From NCBI GenBank assembly GCA_043228905.1, contig JBHGNT010000012.1, positions 5,580,001-5,644,000 on the forward strand: a DNA stretch of 64,000 nucleotides, in the 5' to 3' direction. The notes beneath the pieces are model-generated. The model was not told the DNA's origin. It saw only the letters and a list, made by a program, of their open reading frames with translations, and made no database searches. The DNA is from Azolla caroliniana. Taxonomy: Eukaryota > Plantae > Polypodiophyta. The position numbers and the translations under genes were made by a program. Below, piece after piece: positions 50,530-64,000 of this stretch. How positions within the stretch are numbered: position 1 is the first letter of the stretch; the number at the start of each line of letters is the position of its first letter.

Positions 50530-52012
50530 AGTGCACATGAAGTATCCAAGGTCTTATCCAAAGTTATGATCAACAATTGAAGAAGCTGATATTAAGTGAA
50601 GCATATGGAGTATCAACGTCATATATTATAAATCCAAGCTATAATAATTGTGGATCAGTCATGAGCCAACAACAAGCATTCTTGTAATGTCCGATTCAAC
50701 AGGTTCCCTCATATCATTATTCTAATTTTTGGAGTTATGATGATGTCTATGAAGGTGATTCCAAAGACAAAGAAGAAGAGGTGATGAATGTGGAATTCCC
50801 CCATCTAGTTCATGAGGACAACCATGATACAAAGAATGATGATGTGAAAGACGAATCTAAGGAGATTGTTATGAGAAGCGATGTTATGGATGGTGATGCC
50901 AATGTACATCATGTTGAGGACATTATTGATACAACAAGCGATATGGTGGTTGATGATGAATATGTGCAAGATGAAATGGAAGATATGATAGAAAACGTTG
51001 TTGATGGTGAAGTACCCACAACAGAGTTGCAAGATGAAGAAGTGATAGCTGGAGATTGGCTTTTTGAGATCAATGCGTGTAAGGAAGCATTGATAAGTGC
51101 CAAGTTGTAGTGTATGAAGGTGTTTGTGCAAGATTTGTGTTTTGGATTTGCATTGAGTAGCAACAAAGTTATGTGGGCATCAACTCTTCAACAACAATTT
51201 GATCAAGAGCCAAGAGAATTACTTGTAATGCATGATTGGAGTATCATGAACTTATCATCATCAAAGGATCCACCACAACTAATCAAATGTATAAAGGAGA
51301 AGGAATCATCTATCGACAATGGTAAGCAAGAAGAGGAAAGCATAACAATTGATGAATCTTCATGGGATAGGGAAAACAAATCATTCCACATGATGTCGAA
51401 CGAGGAAGAAGTCATTGAGGAGAAAAGTATTACGACTTTGGGGGGGAAAGAAAAGATGATTTCCAAAAATATTCGAGGAGAGCATCAAAGGTTTATTTCT
51501 CTTATTTCTAAGTTTCCAAAGTTATTCATAATTGACTATTCACATATAAGAGGAGAAGACATCAAGCACCACATCAAGTTGGAAGATTTGAAGTTTGTCT
51601 CACCTATTGTTGTGGTTCCAAAGAAGAATGACATCAACTTCAAACCCTTGATTGATTCAACCAAACAAGATCAATTTTTGCTTCCTTTTTGAGATGAGAT
51701 TCTAGATGAAATGGTCATACATACAAAACAAGGTAGTGTGGAGAATTTTGTGTGCCAAGAAGGAATTTATATGGATAAATCAAAGATCGAAGAAATTCAA
51801 AAGGTGACAATTCCAACAAGTCTCAAAGCTTTGAAGGTGTTTGTGCAAAAAGTTTGATCGCTTGAAAGATTTATTCATATGTTGACATGTTTACTTCTAT
51901 CAAGAGTTATGTATCCAATGGTCCACCTAGTATTTGGAGAGTTGAGGAAGATATAATAATTGTTGTAACCTCTTTCTTTGTGTTGACAAGGAGAAAGATG
52001 GTGGTGGCTATT

Positions 52013-52017
<5 letters not shown>

Positions 52018-52074
<57 letters not shown>
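52018..52074. repeat. (TG)n microsatellite
   Basis: About 28 perfect TG units. Confidence 0.98.
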
Positions 52075-52075
<1 letters not shown>

Positions 52076-53979
52076 TAGGAGTGTGAGGTTTTTACTACCA
52101 ACTAGCGGGGGTTTTACTCACATAATTTGTTTCTTTTTATTTATTCTCTCCTTCTTTGTCTATAGCCATGAATAAGGCGAAGGAGAATTTTTTGGTTTTA
52201 TTAGTAGCTTAGGGTTCACCATAAATGGTTCACCAAAAAGCAAGGAGGGGGCTAAATGTGAAGTCAATTTTTGCTCATAGGAAAAGACCATGACAAATAC
52301 ATTGGATGCGAAGGTATAGAAGAATAAAGCACAATATGAAAGGTCCCAGAGTTAAAAGATAAATGAAATTGAAGAGAAATAAAGTTAGAGGCGTTTTTCA
52401 AAAGTAGAAAAAGCAGAAAAAAAGAAAAAGAAGAAAAACGTAGGAAATTAAGCAGAAAAAGCAAGGTAGAGAAAAAAGCTCATAACTTCTTCATCTCTTA
52501 TCCAAATTTCAAAAGAAAAGATTCGTAAGAAAGCTAACAAAGAGAGCTTTCTTGTATGAAAATATTGGATGAAAACCCAGAAATAATTATATGAAAAACG
52601 CACCACACAAACTCGAGGATATGTAAAAGAAAAGAAAAGAAAAAAGCAAGAATAACGCAACTAAAAAACCTATAAATATGCAGTATCCTTAGCAATATGG
52701 GGGATGGAGGAAGAATAGAGTATCTACAAGGGAGGATATATTATCTACAAGAAGAAGGGAGAAAGAATAAGAGGGTTATAAGAAGCTTAGTAGAAGAAAG
52801 GGTGAAGAAGGAAAGACTTTTTTGTCTAATATTATATTTAAGTAGTTATTTGGTTTTTGTTACTCTTAGAGTATAAGAGTATTGTATTCTTTTCTTATTA
52901 GTATATTGAAGCATTCTTTTTTCCTCCTCCTCTCTTCACTATCATTTTTCTCTATCTCTTCATCAGATATAACCTCATTTTTCAAGCCTTTCGTCCTCAT
53001 GTAATTATATGTGACTCCACTATGTTTCTCTCCAATTGTAGAGAAAGCTTCTAACATGTTCTGCCAACATGGTGTTTTTGGTAGATTAAACGACAGATTT
53101 ACTTCAATGATACATCTCACCTCCATAACATTTGCATGTTGTTTCCTTTGCATTTGTAACATATGTGCTTTACGCAATGATTGTTGTTTCTCTATAATTG
53201 TTGGTGGATATGGTTTGTGACTACCACCACCCATACATGACATGCTTTGACTTTCACCAACAAAGGTAGATGAGCCTGAGGTAGAAACACCTAAAAGAGA
53301 AAAAATGTCAAGATAAAGCATTTACAATTATTTAAACATTAGTAATCAAGAAACCTATTGTAGGCTCTTGTCTATACCTTGTTTAGGCATGTTGAATGAG
53401 TTGATCTCTGCTACTATATCTTCTTCTTCGCCAATTGCTCTTGCTCGGCTTCCACAATTACCATACAAAGTTGTAAGGTCAATCAACAATTCCTTGGGGA
53501 CATTGATACATTTCGTTACTCCATGGCTAGGTTTTCCCATCACAATTTACATGTTCTGTATGTTTAGTGATACACGGAAACAACACATTTAGCTTCGGGC
53601 ATAGCAACATGTTTCCATAATGTTATGCTCTTGATCTTTAGTAATGGTTTTCTACCATTCCAACCATTACTTCTATATACTTAGTCCACATTCACTTCAA
53701 TGTGAAATGGGAGATTGGGGGACATGGGTGATGAGACTTGTTGACAATGCACATTTTCCCCTTATAAACAAGTTCGGGAACCGAAAGTATCGCGCGTTCA
53801 TACAATGCTCTACAAATGATCACATTCGCCTATGCTTCCCACATGTCTTCACCCAAGTCCAAGGCTTGCCCAAAATTTCTCTGAGGGTCATAGTGTGCTC
53901 TCTTGATTGTGATATTCATTAGCAAAGTTCTTAAACATCGAGAATCGCTACTTACATTCACATGTGTGACATGGAAACA

Positions 53980-54410
53980 TCATAATTTGACTTCCAAAGA
54001 CGATAATAAAATCTTTCTATTGGTCGATCTATCTATTGATCTATCTATCTATTGATCGATCTATCTATCTATTGATCTATCTATCTATCTATCTATAGGT
54101 CATAATTGGCCTCCGAAGACGATAACAAAATCTATCTATTGATCAATGTATGTATCTACGATCGATCTATATATCTATATATCCATCTATCAATTCTACC
54201 TATCTGTCTAATGACTTTCTCTATTTGACGTATCCCAATCTATCTATCTATCTATCTATAGGCTATAATTTGACCTCCCTATAGGCTATAATTTAACCTC
54301 CGGATATGATCATAAAATCTATATATTGATCGATCTATCTATCTATGTATCTATATATTGATCTATCAATTCTACCTCTCTCTCTAAGTGACTTTTTCTA
54401 TTTGACTTAA
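53980..54410. repeat. (TCTA)n-rich compound minisatellite upstream of XLG
   Basis: Recurrent ATAATTTGACCTCC..GATAATAAAATCT units interleaved with TCTA and GATC runs. Confidence 0.85.
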
Positions 54411-54778
54411 TTCTAAAAGAGCCTTTTTGAAAATTATTTGCTATTTGCTATGTGGGCATATTTGCTAATTATTAAAACATGGAGGATATAGAAGTAGACT
54501 TGACATTTTCAAAATCCATCTGCCAAAAGATTTGACGGCTCTGATTCTGTTTCTGTTTCTGCTTCTGCTTCATGACCTTTTCTTCTGTGGATTCTTTTAA
54601 AGCTTCTGGGAATTTGCATCACAAAGGTACATATTTCCATATCTTCTCTGATTTATTTTTCCTTCTGTTTTTCCCCCTCTTTCTTTGTAACATTGCCCAC
54701 CAAAAGGGTGTAATTTTACCTTAAAAGAGTTCTGAAAAGAAGAGATCATCATCCTCATCTGCGTGGGATTTCAGCTCC

Positions 54779-57700
54779 ATGGCTTTCTCTGATCTTATCA
54801 GAGGAAAAAAAGAGAAAGAAAAAAAGGGGAAAAAAGAAGGAGAAGAAGAAGACGAGGAGGATCAAAGCAATTACTCTTTTGCAGCGATCTATACTGGCCC
54901 TCGACCTTCCTTTGTTCCCAAAGCTCAAACTTTAACTAGTAAGGATGCGATTAGAACAGATAATCCTTCGAATAGAAATATTTCTGACTCTTCGAATGGA
55001 GATACCCATATCTCTTTGAGCAGGAAAGGGTCGGTCCCAGACCCCTTGATTGGGATCAAGGCATCCCAATCCATAATTGGCAACCAACCGTATTCTACAG
55101 AAGAGAATTATCAGGCTGAATCTGTTAAATCAGAATGTTCATCAGGTAGCTCCAAATTGTGTGACACAGTTCAAGGACAGCACCAAGAATATGAGGTTGA
55201 GGAACATGCATCAAAGATGCTAAGCATGAGTCAAAGTATGGGTGAGAATCCCAACTATTCGACCAAAGAGATTCATCCGGTTGGTTTTATAAATTTGAAA
55301 GATTCGTTAGGCACTTCATATGGGCCTTCTCTGACATCTAGGTCAATTTCTAAGGAAAAGCCACATTCAGCCAAAGAGCCTCATCAGGTCAATTTTGTAA
55401 ATTTGGAAACTCTATCTCTTGCTTCATGTGAAACATCTCAATCTGTAGTTGGGAATCAATCAAATGCAGCCAAAGAGATTCGGGATCAGGTCAATTTCGT
55501 AAATTCAGTAGGTACTTCATTAGAGCATCCGATGCCCATATCTTGGACATCCATTTCTCATTCATATGGATTCCCTGAACAGACATTTTCCCGCTCATAC
55601 ACAGCCTCTAGTAGCGAAGCATCACAAGTACATGGAGAAGAAGAGGAAGAAAAGAAGGAAGAGTTTCATAGCGGAGAGATGGCATCCTATTTGGCTATGC
55701 CAGGTACTGATGCTTTCCCTTACGTCCATACAGAAACAAAAGGAGACAAACCTTCATCTTCTGTACAAGGAGATACAATAAATACCTGGTTGGATACACA
55801 TCCCAATGGGCAGCCATCCTCCTCCAATCCGGCTATCACAGAAAATGCATCCTCTATGGAACTACAATATCAGCCCATCATAAATCCTAACCAACTCGAG
55901 CACCCACGAAGAAAAGGAGAATGCTATGAATGCTTGACAGCAAACTGGATGCAAGAGAAAGAGACATGTTTGGTTTGTGGTGCAAAAATCTGCATCAATT
56001 GCCTACTTAAAGTGATGGGCTCAATGCCAGAAGGTAGAAAATGTATTAGATGTGTAGGTCAGCCTATCGACGAATCTAGACGGTCGAAGTTAGGGAAACC
56101 ATCAAGGCTTCTCGATAGGCTTTTGAGCTCATTGGAAGTTTATCAGATAATGAAATCCGAAAGAGAATGCATAGCCAATCAGATCCGACCGGAACAAATA
56201 TACGTCAATGGGAAAAAACTCAGTCCCAAAGAGTTTGCTGAACTTCTAGGATGCAAAAATCCTCCATCCAAGTTAAAGCCCGGAAGTTATTGGTATGACA
56301 ACCAATGTGGATATTGGGGGAAGGTATATGTTCTTTCTTCTTTATTTGGTATTGACTTTTAAAGGGCAATTCTTTACTTTTCACTACTTGCGTTTTGGAA
56401 AGTTAAATTTCCTTCGTTAATGTTATAACACCAGTTTTTGTAGGAGCCAATGTTCTTTCTTCTTTATTTGCCATTGACTTTTAAAGGGCAATTCTTTACT
56501 TTTCACTACTTGCGTTTTGGAAAATTAATATTTCCTTCGTTAATATTATAACACCAGTTTTTGTAGGAGCCAATGTTCTTTCTTCTTTATTTGCTATTGA
56601 CTTTTAAAGGGCAATTCTTTACTTTTCACTACTTGCGTTTTGGAAAATTAAATTTCCAATGTTATGTTATAACACCAGTTTTTGTAGGAGCCAACTACTA
56701 GTGTGCATGATTTCACACCTATAATGATGATGCGTTCTCATAATGAGCACAAAAGAGCAAACCTATTGCTTGAGACTTGAAAGCCACAACCTTAAAAACA
56801 AAATCCAAACCACACCATTGATGTTTATATATTTAAAAACCTTATAAGTTAGTAACATGACCTTGTGAATCATTTTGCTTGGATGTCCAAAGATTTCTCT
56901 CTGATATTATGTGAAAATGCAATGCTTTCACATTTTGCTTTAGATCCAAAGTGGAAATTAAGAAACCAGACCACATTATCCAAACATGATGTCTTGTTCT
57001 TCCTTCATAAAACCCTACAGTTTTACATCAAATATCTTAGCAATGGCTTCTATTTGGCAGGAAGGTGAGAAACCAGACCACATTATCCAAACTGGACTGA
57101 ATATCGGTGGTTACCTCAGTGATAAGGCGAGTGCAGGATCCACAAAAGTGTACATAAATGGTAGAGAGATTACCAAAGTAGAGTTAAAATTGCTCAAGGT
57201 ATTTGTTTGTTGGTTTTGATTTGGTTGGGTTTTGTCTATCATCTCTTTTGTACGAATTGTTTGGGAAACTTGGAAAATATGTGTTTTCTTTGAATATACA
57301 GTTTGCAAGAGTACAATGTCCTCCTGGTACACGCCTTTGGGTCGATGCTAATGGTAAATATCAGGAAGAGGGCCAAAACAACAGCCCTGGATACATTTGG
57401 GAAAAGGTAAATTACTTTTAGCTTCAACATCTCTAGAAATTTTGTTCTCATATTCTTAAACAAAAAATGGCTTAAGCACTAGATGTATCATATTCTAATA
57501 TACACTAGATGAACACAAGTTTCTCTGCCTTCTCTATTTCATCATTGATTTTTTCTTCTACTTTTAAGGAATCAATGATGGATTCTGTGATATAAAGGTG
57601 ATTTCTTTTTGCATGAGATTCAATTGGTGTCTTCCATCCTCTCATCTAGAGAAATAAGTTTTTAGATGTAGTGAGATATATCACATTCTCGCACCATTAA

Positions 57701-58327
57701 AAGAATTAATAGATTTTTGTAACCTAGCCTACTATTGGGCTCCAATGAGCAGGTATAATATTGATATAACTTCTTTAACTTTGGGATCTTATTTCAAGCT
57801 CAAACTGATTCATTGTGTTTATCATACAAGAAACGTGTTTTGGATATATAGATGTTTAATAATCTTATATTTATAGATATATAGTCTTTTATGGACGTTT
57901 GATCCGTAGTTCTTGTTTTTCATTTCTTTTGTATTAAGGTTTCTCTCTATCAATTTGTAAGCTCAGTATATGCTTTTGCTTTGGCAGGGCACAATAAGAC
58001 TTTTGTATCCTTTATTTTCATTGCCAACACCGAATTTGAGCATTTTGGGCTCCGGAAAAGCCAATTTTGATGTACCAATATTTCTGGAGCAAAAGAAAAC
58101 ATACAAAATTCTACTCTTGGGATTCCCTGACTCGGGAACGAGTGCCATCTTTAAGCAGGTAGGGTATTATATGTATTATGGTCGTTTCTCTAGTAGAAAT
58201 GGTTTACGAATCTAGCACCTTCCTGCATTTTGATCCTCAGGTTTCTCTTGTAGAGATGGTTCCCCAATGTGATACAATCAGTACATTGTATGTTGAGGCT
58301 AGCTAGATGTATGCATTGGAATATATA

Positions 58328-58384
<57 letters not shown>

Positions 58385-60086
58385 TATGTTTTATAAAGTT
58401 TTATTTTTTACATTTTTTATGGAATGGGTCAGGTGAAGTTCCTCTATGACAATAAATTCACTCCACTGGAATTGCATAACCTGAAATTGGTGATACAAAA
58501 GGAAATCTTTAAATACATCACCATACTGTTGGAAGCGCGTGAGCGATTTGAAGATGAAGAAGAGATGAAAGGCGGTGCAGGTGAGGTTTGCATTGTTTGG
58601 TTGATCATCATCATTAACTAGAATGTATTAAAACAAATATCGGAGCCTTTTTATTTAAAGGTTGGTATGAAATTAATAGTAGTGCTCTTGTTTTTCTTTA
58701 TTCAGGTGAGAATGATAAGTCAGACCAGAAGAATGTGTATAGTATTGATGCGAGGTTGAAAACGAAAGCGGATTTCTTCCTGGATATAATGGCCAAGGGA
58801 GAATTTGATACATTCTTCCCTGCGGCCACACGCGAGTATGCACCTAGAGTTGAAGAGATATGGAAAGATCCAGCCATTCAAGCAACATATCAAAGATCAG
58901 AATCACACATGTTACCCAATGTTGCAAAATATTTTCTCGATAAGGTAATGGTCTGACCTTTTTTACATTTTCACCACTACTTCTAGTCTGTATATTCCCA
59001 TGCAATATGAATCTATGGTCTTGTTAAGATGCTATTCTAAAGTTCCTTCAATTGATGGAGTTCATGGTTATAAATTTAGCACAAAACATTCAATCTTGGA
59101 AATTTGTTCCGCACAAATTTGGAAGGCCTTTTAAGATATTTCTTGGTTTCATGAGTCTTGTCCATGCTGATAATCGAGCCCTGAGACAGGACTTTCCTAC
59201 AGGTAGTTGAGATCTCATCACATGATTACCAACCTTCTGAGGAAGACATTATCTTTGCAGAAGGAATCAGTGATGGTTTAGGTTTTGTTGAGGCCGAGTT
59301 TTCCCTGAATGAAAATGAGAATAGGTCATCGACGTGGTCAATGCCACTACCAACAGAAGACCATGAAGATAAACTCTGTCTAGAAACAAGGTAAAAAAAT
59401 AGTTCCCATGTTAGGATGGTCGGGATATTTAATCTTGAAAGTGTGAAGGATGTTAACTGATAATCTAAACCATCTTTTATGTCTGATGCACAAGGTATCA
59501 TCTTATTCGAATCAATGTTAATGGAATGGTCGATGGGTGGTGTAAATGGTTAGACATGTTTGAAGACATACATGCAGTTATATTCTGTGTGGGTTTGGAT
59601 GCGTATGACCAGATGTCAACCACCAATGAAATGTCGTTGCCTCAGAATAAGATGATGATGATTCGGGAGTTGTTTGAAAACATCCTCAAGTATCCATGTT
59701 TCCAAGGGAAACCTACTGTGCTTTTCTTGAACAAGTATGATGTCTTTGAAGACAAAGCTCACAGAATCCCAATCGCGAACTGCGAGTGGTTCTCTGATTT
59801 CAACCCAGTGCATTTGTCCAACCGCAACCCGGGACGTATAGCAGAGCAAGCATATCCATACATTGCTCAGAAGTTCAAGAAATTGTTTGGGATGGCTACT
59901 GGTCAGAAGCTATTTACTTTTAAAGTGAACGCTCGCGAAAAGTCGACCGTTAACGAAGCCTTTCAGTATGTGAAAGAAGTAATTAATTGGGAAAAGATAA
60001 GGAGAGATGGATCATTGAGTATGGTTCAGGATTCAATGTACACTACAGAGTTGAGCTCATACCCTACACCCTTTGATGGGCATTGA
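54779..60086 (+). CDS. XLG: Extra-large G protein, about 1041 aa; exons 54779-56323, 57061-57198, 57302-57406, 57988-58158, 58433-58580, 58706-58944, 59203-59390, 59495-60086
   Basis: Cys-rich region ([22 protein letters not shown]), [15 protein letters not shown]1-like [32 protein letters not shown] and G4 NKYD. All introns are GT-AG and keep the frame. Confidence 0.95.
56328..56692. repeat. ~122-bp tandem triplication in XLG intron 1
   Basis: ATGTTCTTTCTTCTTTATTTG..GTTTTTGTAGGAGCCA x3 with few mismatches. Confidence 0.95.
58321..58383. repeat. (AT)n(ATGT)n microsatellite in XLG intron 4
   Basis: Seen directly. Confidence 0.95.
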
Positions 60087-61589
60087 TTAAAACATTAGAT
60101 GAATAATCTCAAAGGCAGTCTTGATGCCCTCATTCCTATGACCTTTTCCAACTATTTTTCTTAGGTTATAAAAGTAGGCTGTGCTATATTTGTTGACATA
60201 TTCTTGTATATTACAGTTGTAACAATAAACATCTCAGAAATATAAGGTGTATCATCCACAAGATTCTGAAGTTACATGTTATGCATGAGCAGAATGGGTA
60301 ATGTAACTAAATATTGTGGCAAACGTACACTTTGTATAATTTGGTCATTTGATCCAGAGTTGCTTTTGAATACATTAAAATTTATTTGAGGTGCCCACCC
60401 AATTCATTCAACCTGTTACCAATCCAAGATGGAACAGTTTTGTTGGAGTTCTATGATGATACTTGAGCCCAATTGAGTAAATAGTGTGGGATAGTCAGAG
60501 TTTATAAATACACCCATCAAAGGATTGGAATGGAAAGTTGTATTTTACGTCCCTACATAAGCACTTCAGCTCCACCCACATCTAGCCATCGGAATCATTC
60601 CATATGAGATATTTATCAGACCAGTTCCTTGCATCAAACCATATTACCACCATTGAGGTTAGGTATAATCAGTCGATTCACAGTTTGTCTTGGTCTATGT
60701 GAACATGATACAATTAACATCCAAAACTAACAGACAATCTAGGGCACATAGCTGAGCCTGCAAAACGTGAAGTAGGCAGAGCAAAAAGTGCAAAAGGTAG
60801 CGTGTGAAAGATGATAATGCCTCCAACCTTACGCCAAAAGAGTGGCCAAATAGGAGCCATATATATTAGAATATATCATGCCAACCATTCCATGTCTCAA
60901 ATGTGCCTAGAAGTATATTGCTAAGGACGTTGGCCATGCATAACCAATAGTAGAATATGCTGTCAATCTAGTCCTTGTGCTATTTGATCCATTTGTTGTC
61001 AGGTCATTAGAAATTCCATGATTTCATGGGTTTTTATTCAAGGAACCAGTGCTTTAACCTTCAATCATATGGATGGAGTTTGACCACCCTAGGTACTGGG
61101 GACTACAGTATTTTGGAGCATGAGAAAGGGTTCTTCTTTGATGATCTCCATGGAGGTATCACAACAGATCACAGACTGAAAGGAAAATTGACTTCACATT
61201 TCTAACCTAAATCTATGGGCTCCAAATCTTCAAAGGTGTGACCCTGCTTTGAACTAGTCTAACACCCACCACCAATAAGATCCTCATTATTATTGGGACA
61301 ACATGCGTTTCTGAATTGATGGGGGTATTGGCAGAAATATCATAAACTCATGCTACCTTGCAGCAATATCAAAAACCACAGGCATTCCAAGGCTTTTTCC
61401 TATTAATGAGCGGTTTACAAATGCTTTTATTTGACTCAATTTCTCCTCACTTTTAGGGTTGCATCATTCACAACTCCATTTGCATTTATGTATGTGAGGA
61501 TTACTTTCCTTCCCCTTTCACCATCATGCTTGGAGTATATATATTGTAGCTGACAGGACCAACCACCCACCAGGATATGCTTGAAAATC

Positions 61590-61845
61590 CATCCAAACAA
61601 TAATCAAACTACTAGTATAACACCATAACTGGCATAAACCACAATACATGATTGTGAATATGAACATTGTGATGATATCACAAAAAGATGAACACATACC
61701 AAAAGGTGCTATCACGCTAGAAGATAATCCATTCAAACAATAATCAAACTACTGGTATAACACCAGAACTGCCATAAACCACCCTTCACAATTGTGAAGA
61801 TAAAGATTTTGATGATATCACAAAACATGAACACATACCAAAACA
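61590..61845. repeat. Diverged ~140-bp tandem duplication between the convergent genes
   Basis: CAAACAATAATCAAACTACT..GATGATATCACAAAA.ATGAACACATACCAAAA occurs twice. Confidence 0.85.
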
Positions 61846-62280
61846 CGCTATCTACAGCACGCACATTTCAAAAGCTGAATATATACAAGAGCTTATTACA
61901 TAGAATTCACATTTCAAAAGCTGAACACAAACAAAATGTTTCTGCACAGAATTCATAAATCAACGGGGAAGTAAACAACGAAACTACTAGTCTTAAATGT
62001 CAGGTTTTGAAACTGCGGAATTCACTGGTCCATATACGTACAATAATTCCTTGTCTAAACACTATCAAATTAAACACAAACACATAAAGTGGTACTTGGA
62101 CATTATTTACTTTTTGGTTCACTTTCTTTATTCAGCAGTCCAAAAATTTGTTTCTTTATGCAACTTTACTGTTCTTCAAAGTTTTGGCTGGCATCTTGCG
62201 AAATGTTGTACTTAATCCGAATTTTTTGGGCCTTCTCCTTGTTTATTTCCAGTGGCACACTTCATCTACTATCTCCTGAA

Positions 62281-63548
62281 TTATGTTTTACTTTTGGCCA
62301 CCATCTTATCGATCTGTTGACGCTTTTGAGCTCTAAGAGCACGCCGACCAACAGGTTCTTTCGCTGGTTCTTTGCCCTTACCTTGGCTCGATGAACTTCC
62401 ACCACTAGTAGAATCAACAACTTGTCGAACACCAATCGGCCTCGCCTCTCTACGGCCTCCACGAACATACCCCGTGTCACCCCACCTTCTATTACCTAGG
62501 CGTACATTTGTTGGGTAGTAGCACTCTTCATACACATCATAGTCATCTTGATAATCATCTTGTTCTTCCACATCTTCAATGATCAAGGGCTTAAACCAAA
62601 AGGCCCTTAAAAGAAGACACACACTTTCCTCGAACATGTAGTCAGAAATCCTATAGATATGGAGTACATATGGCAAGATTCAAAACAAAAAACAGTTAAG
62701 ACAAGTTACAACAAAAAGAGCCACTCTTATAGTCATTGTAAAATGTAGATGTTTATCAATTTGAACTTACTTCCCGTCCAATGCTTTGTATACATAAAGG
62801 AAAGAGAAAGGGAGCCTGCACTGGGGGCACCATGGTTCCTTCTTGTAGGATGCCCAACGTAGAATGCAAGTTACACTGCAGTATACAGAAGAAAAGAAAA
62901 GGAAAAAACATCTTTTAAAATCCTGATTACCCCTCTTTAAACAAGAGAATAGCATGATAAATTGCTAATAAAGTTTACCAATATGTATGTTCACACCCTT
63001 TGACCTGTGCAATTTCTTGCATCTTTATTCGATCATGACATATAGCACAGATCTCATCTTTCTTGTTTAGATTCATCCCAGGTAAGTCCTTTCCATCCTG
63101 TAAATCAAGAATTCAATCACTCACTTCATGGCATTGAAGACCATCGATAAAATCAAATTTGATCACACTATACACAACATTATCATTTTCAAAGTGAAAT
63201 TTCGTTTGCAAACAGTATTTGAACACATACCAGGTATTCATTTTCGTGGTCGACTTTCTCTCCTATACCCATGCTATGAAAACACTTGCACACTTCATCT
63301 TCATTAACCATACTTGCTTCTGGATGAAAGTGTTTTTCATCAGATATATGAAGATCAGTGTCCAAAGCAATCCCTTTCTCACGCTCTTGATGGGCTCTGT
63401 TGTTTACAAGACCCTCAGGTTTCAAATCTTCCATATCAGATGCCACAGAGCGAGCAATCTTCACACAATCAGATACAGCGGCATGCAGATTCTCAAATTT
63501 TGTCGCATTTGCAAATGTAGTATCCATAATGGGATTATCGCCTTCCAT
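62281..63548 (-). CDS. C3HC4 RING finger protein, putative E3 ligase, about 303 aa; exons 63548-63231, 63097-62979, 62875-62771, 62650-62281
   Basis: Spliced RING CAICHDRIKMQEIAQVKGCEHTYCVTCILRWASYKKEPWCPQC, followed by DYMFEESVCLLLRAFWF and GNRRWGDTGYVRGGRREARP. GT-AG introns keep the frame. The start codon is less certain. Confidence 0.9.
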
Positions 63549-64000
63549 ATCGTGACTATATTTGAAGATTGGGATACCTCACCACTTGGAACAGAACTCC
63601 TTTTTAATTCCCTTTTTCTCTTTCAACCTCCACCTTTGTCTCTAAGGATCGAAAAGGGTCGAGCAAATGGGCTCTTTTCTTCACAAATACTTGATCTTAT
63701 TCTAACATTAGTACCTTTGTATAGACTCTCCCACCAAGTGGTGAGGTTTGAGTCCCAACACTGACCTACCACTACTACTACTACGACTAAAGCGTAAAAG
63801 TCAAATAGGTTGAACAGCATGGCAGGCTAATTTTTCTCTAAACCCCACAATCTTTGATCAAATTCCATTAATGGCTTTTGCAGGTCATGCAAAAAAATGA
63901 AGGGAGAAGAACCGCCCAGTTACTGTAAAAAAAAGAAACAAGAAAACAAAAAGAAGACCTGAGTTACTTCTTCCAAACCCTAGTTGTTCTTCAGTGCTAA

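Larger units (their letters stand above)
45161..52965 (+). mobile_element. Element I: non-autonomous Ty3-derived LTR element with collapsed pol, hosting M and K
   Basis: LTRs 45161-45868 and 52257-52965, about 15 differences by eye. Perfect TSD GATAT. PBS-like TGGAGCTCCAAGGAGGG. PPT AAGGAGGGGG near 52242. RT relics SPIVVVPKKN and DQFLLPF*DEILD. Confidence 0.92.
44425..53650 (-). pseudogene. hAT-superfamily (DUF659-type) transposase remnant, in pieces 44425-45160 and 52966-53650, split by element I
   Basis: GCSILANGWVD, VQVILDNAS and WTPCATHFLDLLLEDIG motifs. The frame rejoins across the insertion (KGLKNEVIS|LQEKLERV). Confidence 0.85.

Noticed and set aside
53700-53980. Possible LINE or gene fragment
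   Set aside because: I could not recognise any motif with confidence.
63219-63764. 181-aa plus-strand ORF
   Set aside because: It is the antisense shadow of RING gene exon 1 and has no recognisable domain.

Overview
Plant nuclear genomic DNA, probably from a non-seed plant such as a fern (inferred from the retrotransposon families present, not proven). Positions 1-53700 are a deeply nested transposon cluster. Two old Athila-like Ty3 elements (B on the minus strand, C on the plus strand) and a hAT/DUF659 transposase remnant act as hosts. Inserted into them are a chromovirus (A), four Ty1/copia elements (D, E, H, K; H has an intact 1357-aa polyprotein ORF and near-identical LTRs), a decayed non-autonomous Ty3 (I), two unrelated solo LTRs (M, N) and four members (F, G, J, L) of a tRNA-Trp-primed clade. 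Positions 54779-60086 hold an 8-exon extra-large G protein (XLG) gene, convergent with a 4-exon C3HC4 RING gene at 62281-63548. The most notable observations are: (1) the Trp-primed clade is gag-only where complete, makes 4-bp target duplications centred on CpG, and carries an internal array of a diverged hairpin-forming repeat in place of pol; (2) three related copia elements have a duplicated PPT enclosing a variable insert fused to RNase H, plus a conserved hairpin over the PPT/LTR junction. All coordinates and alignments were read by eye.
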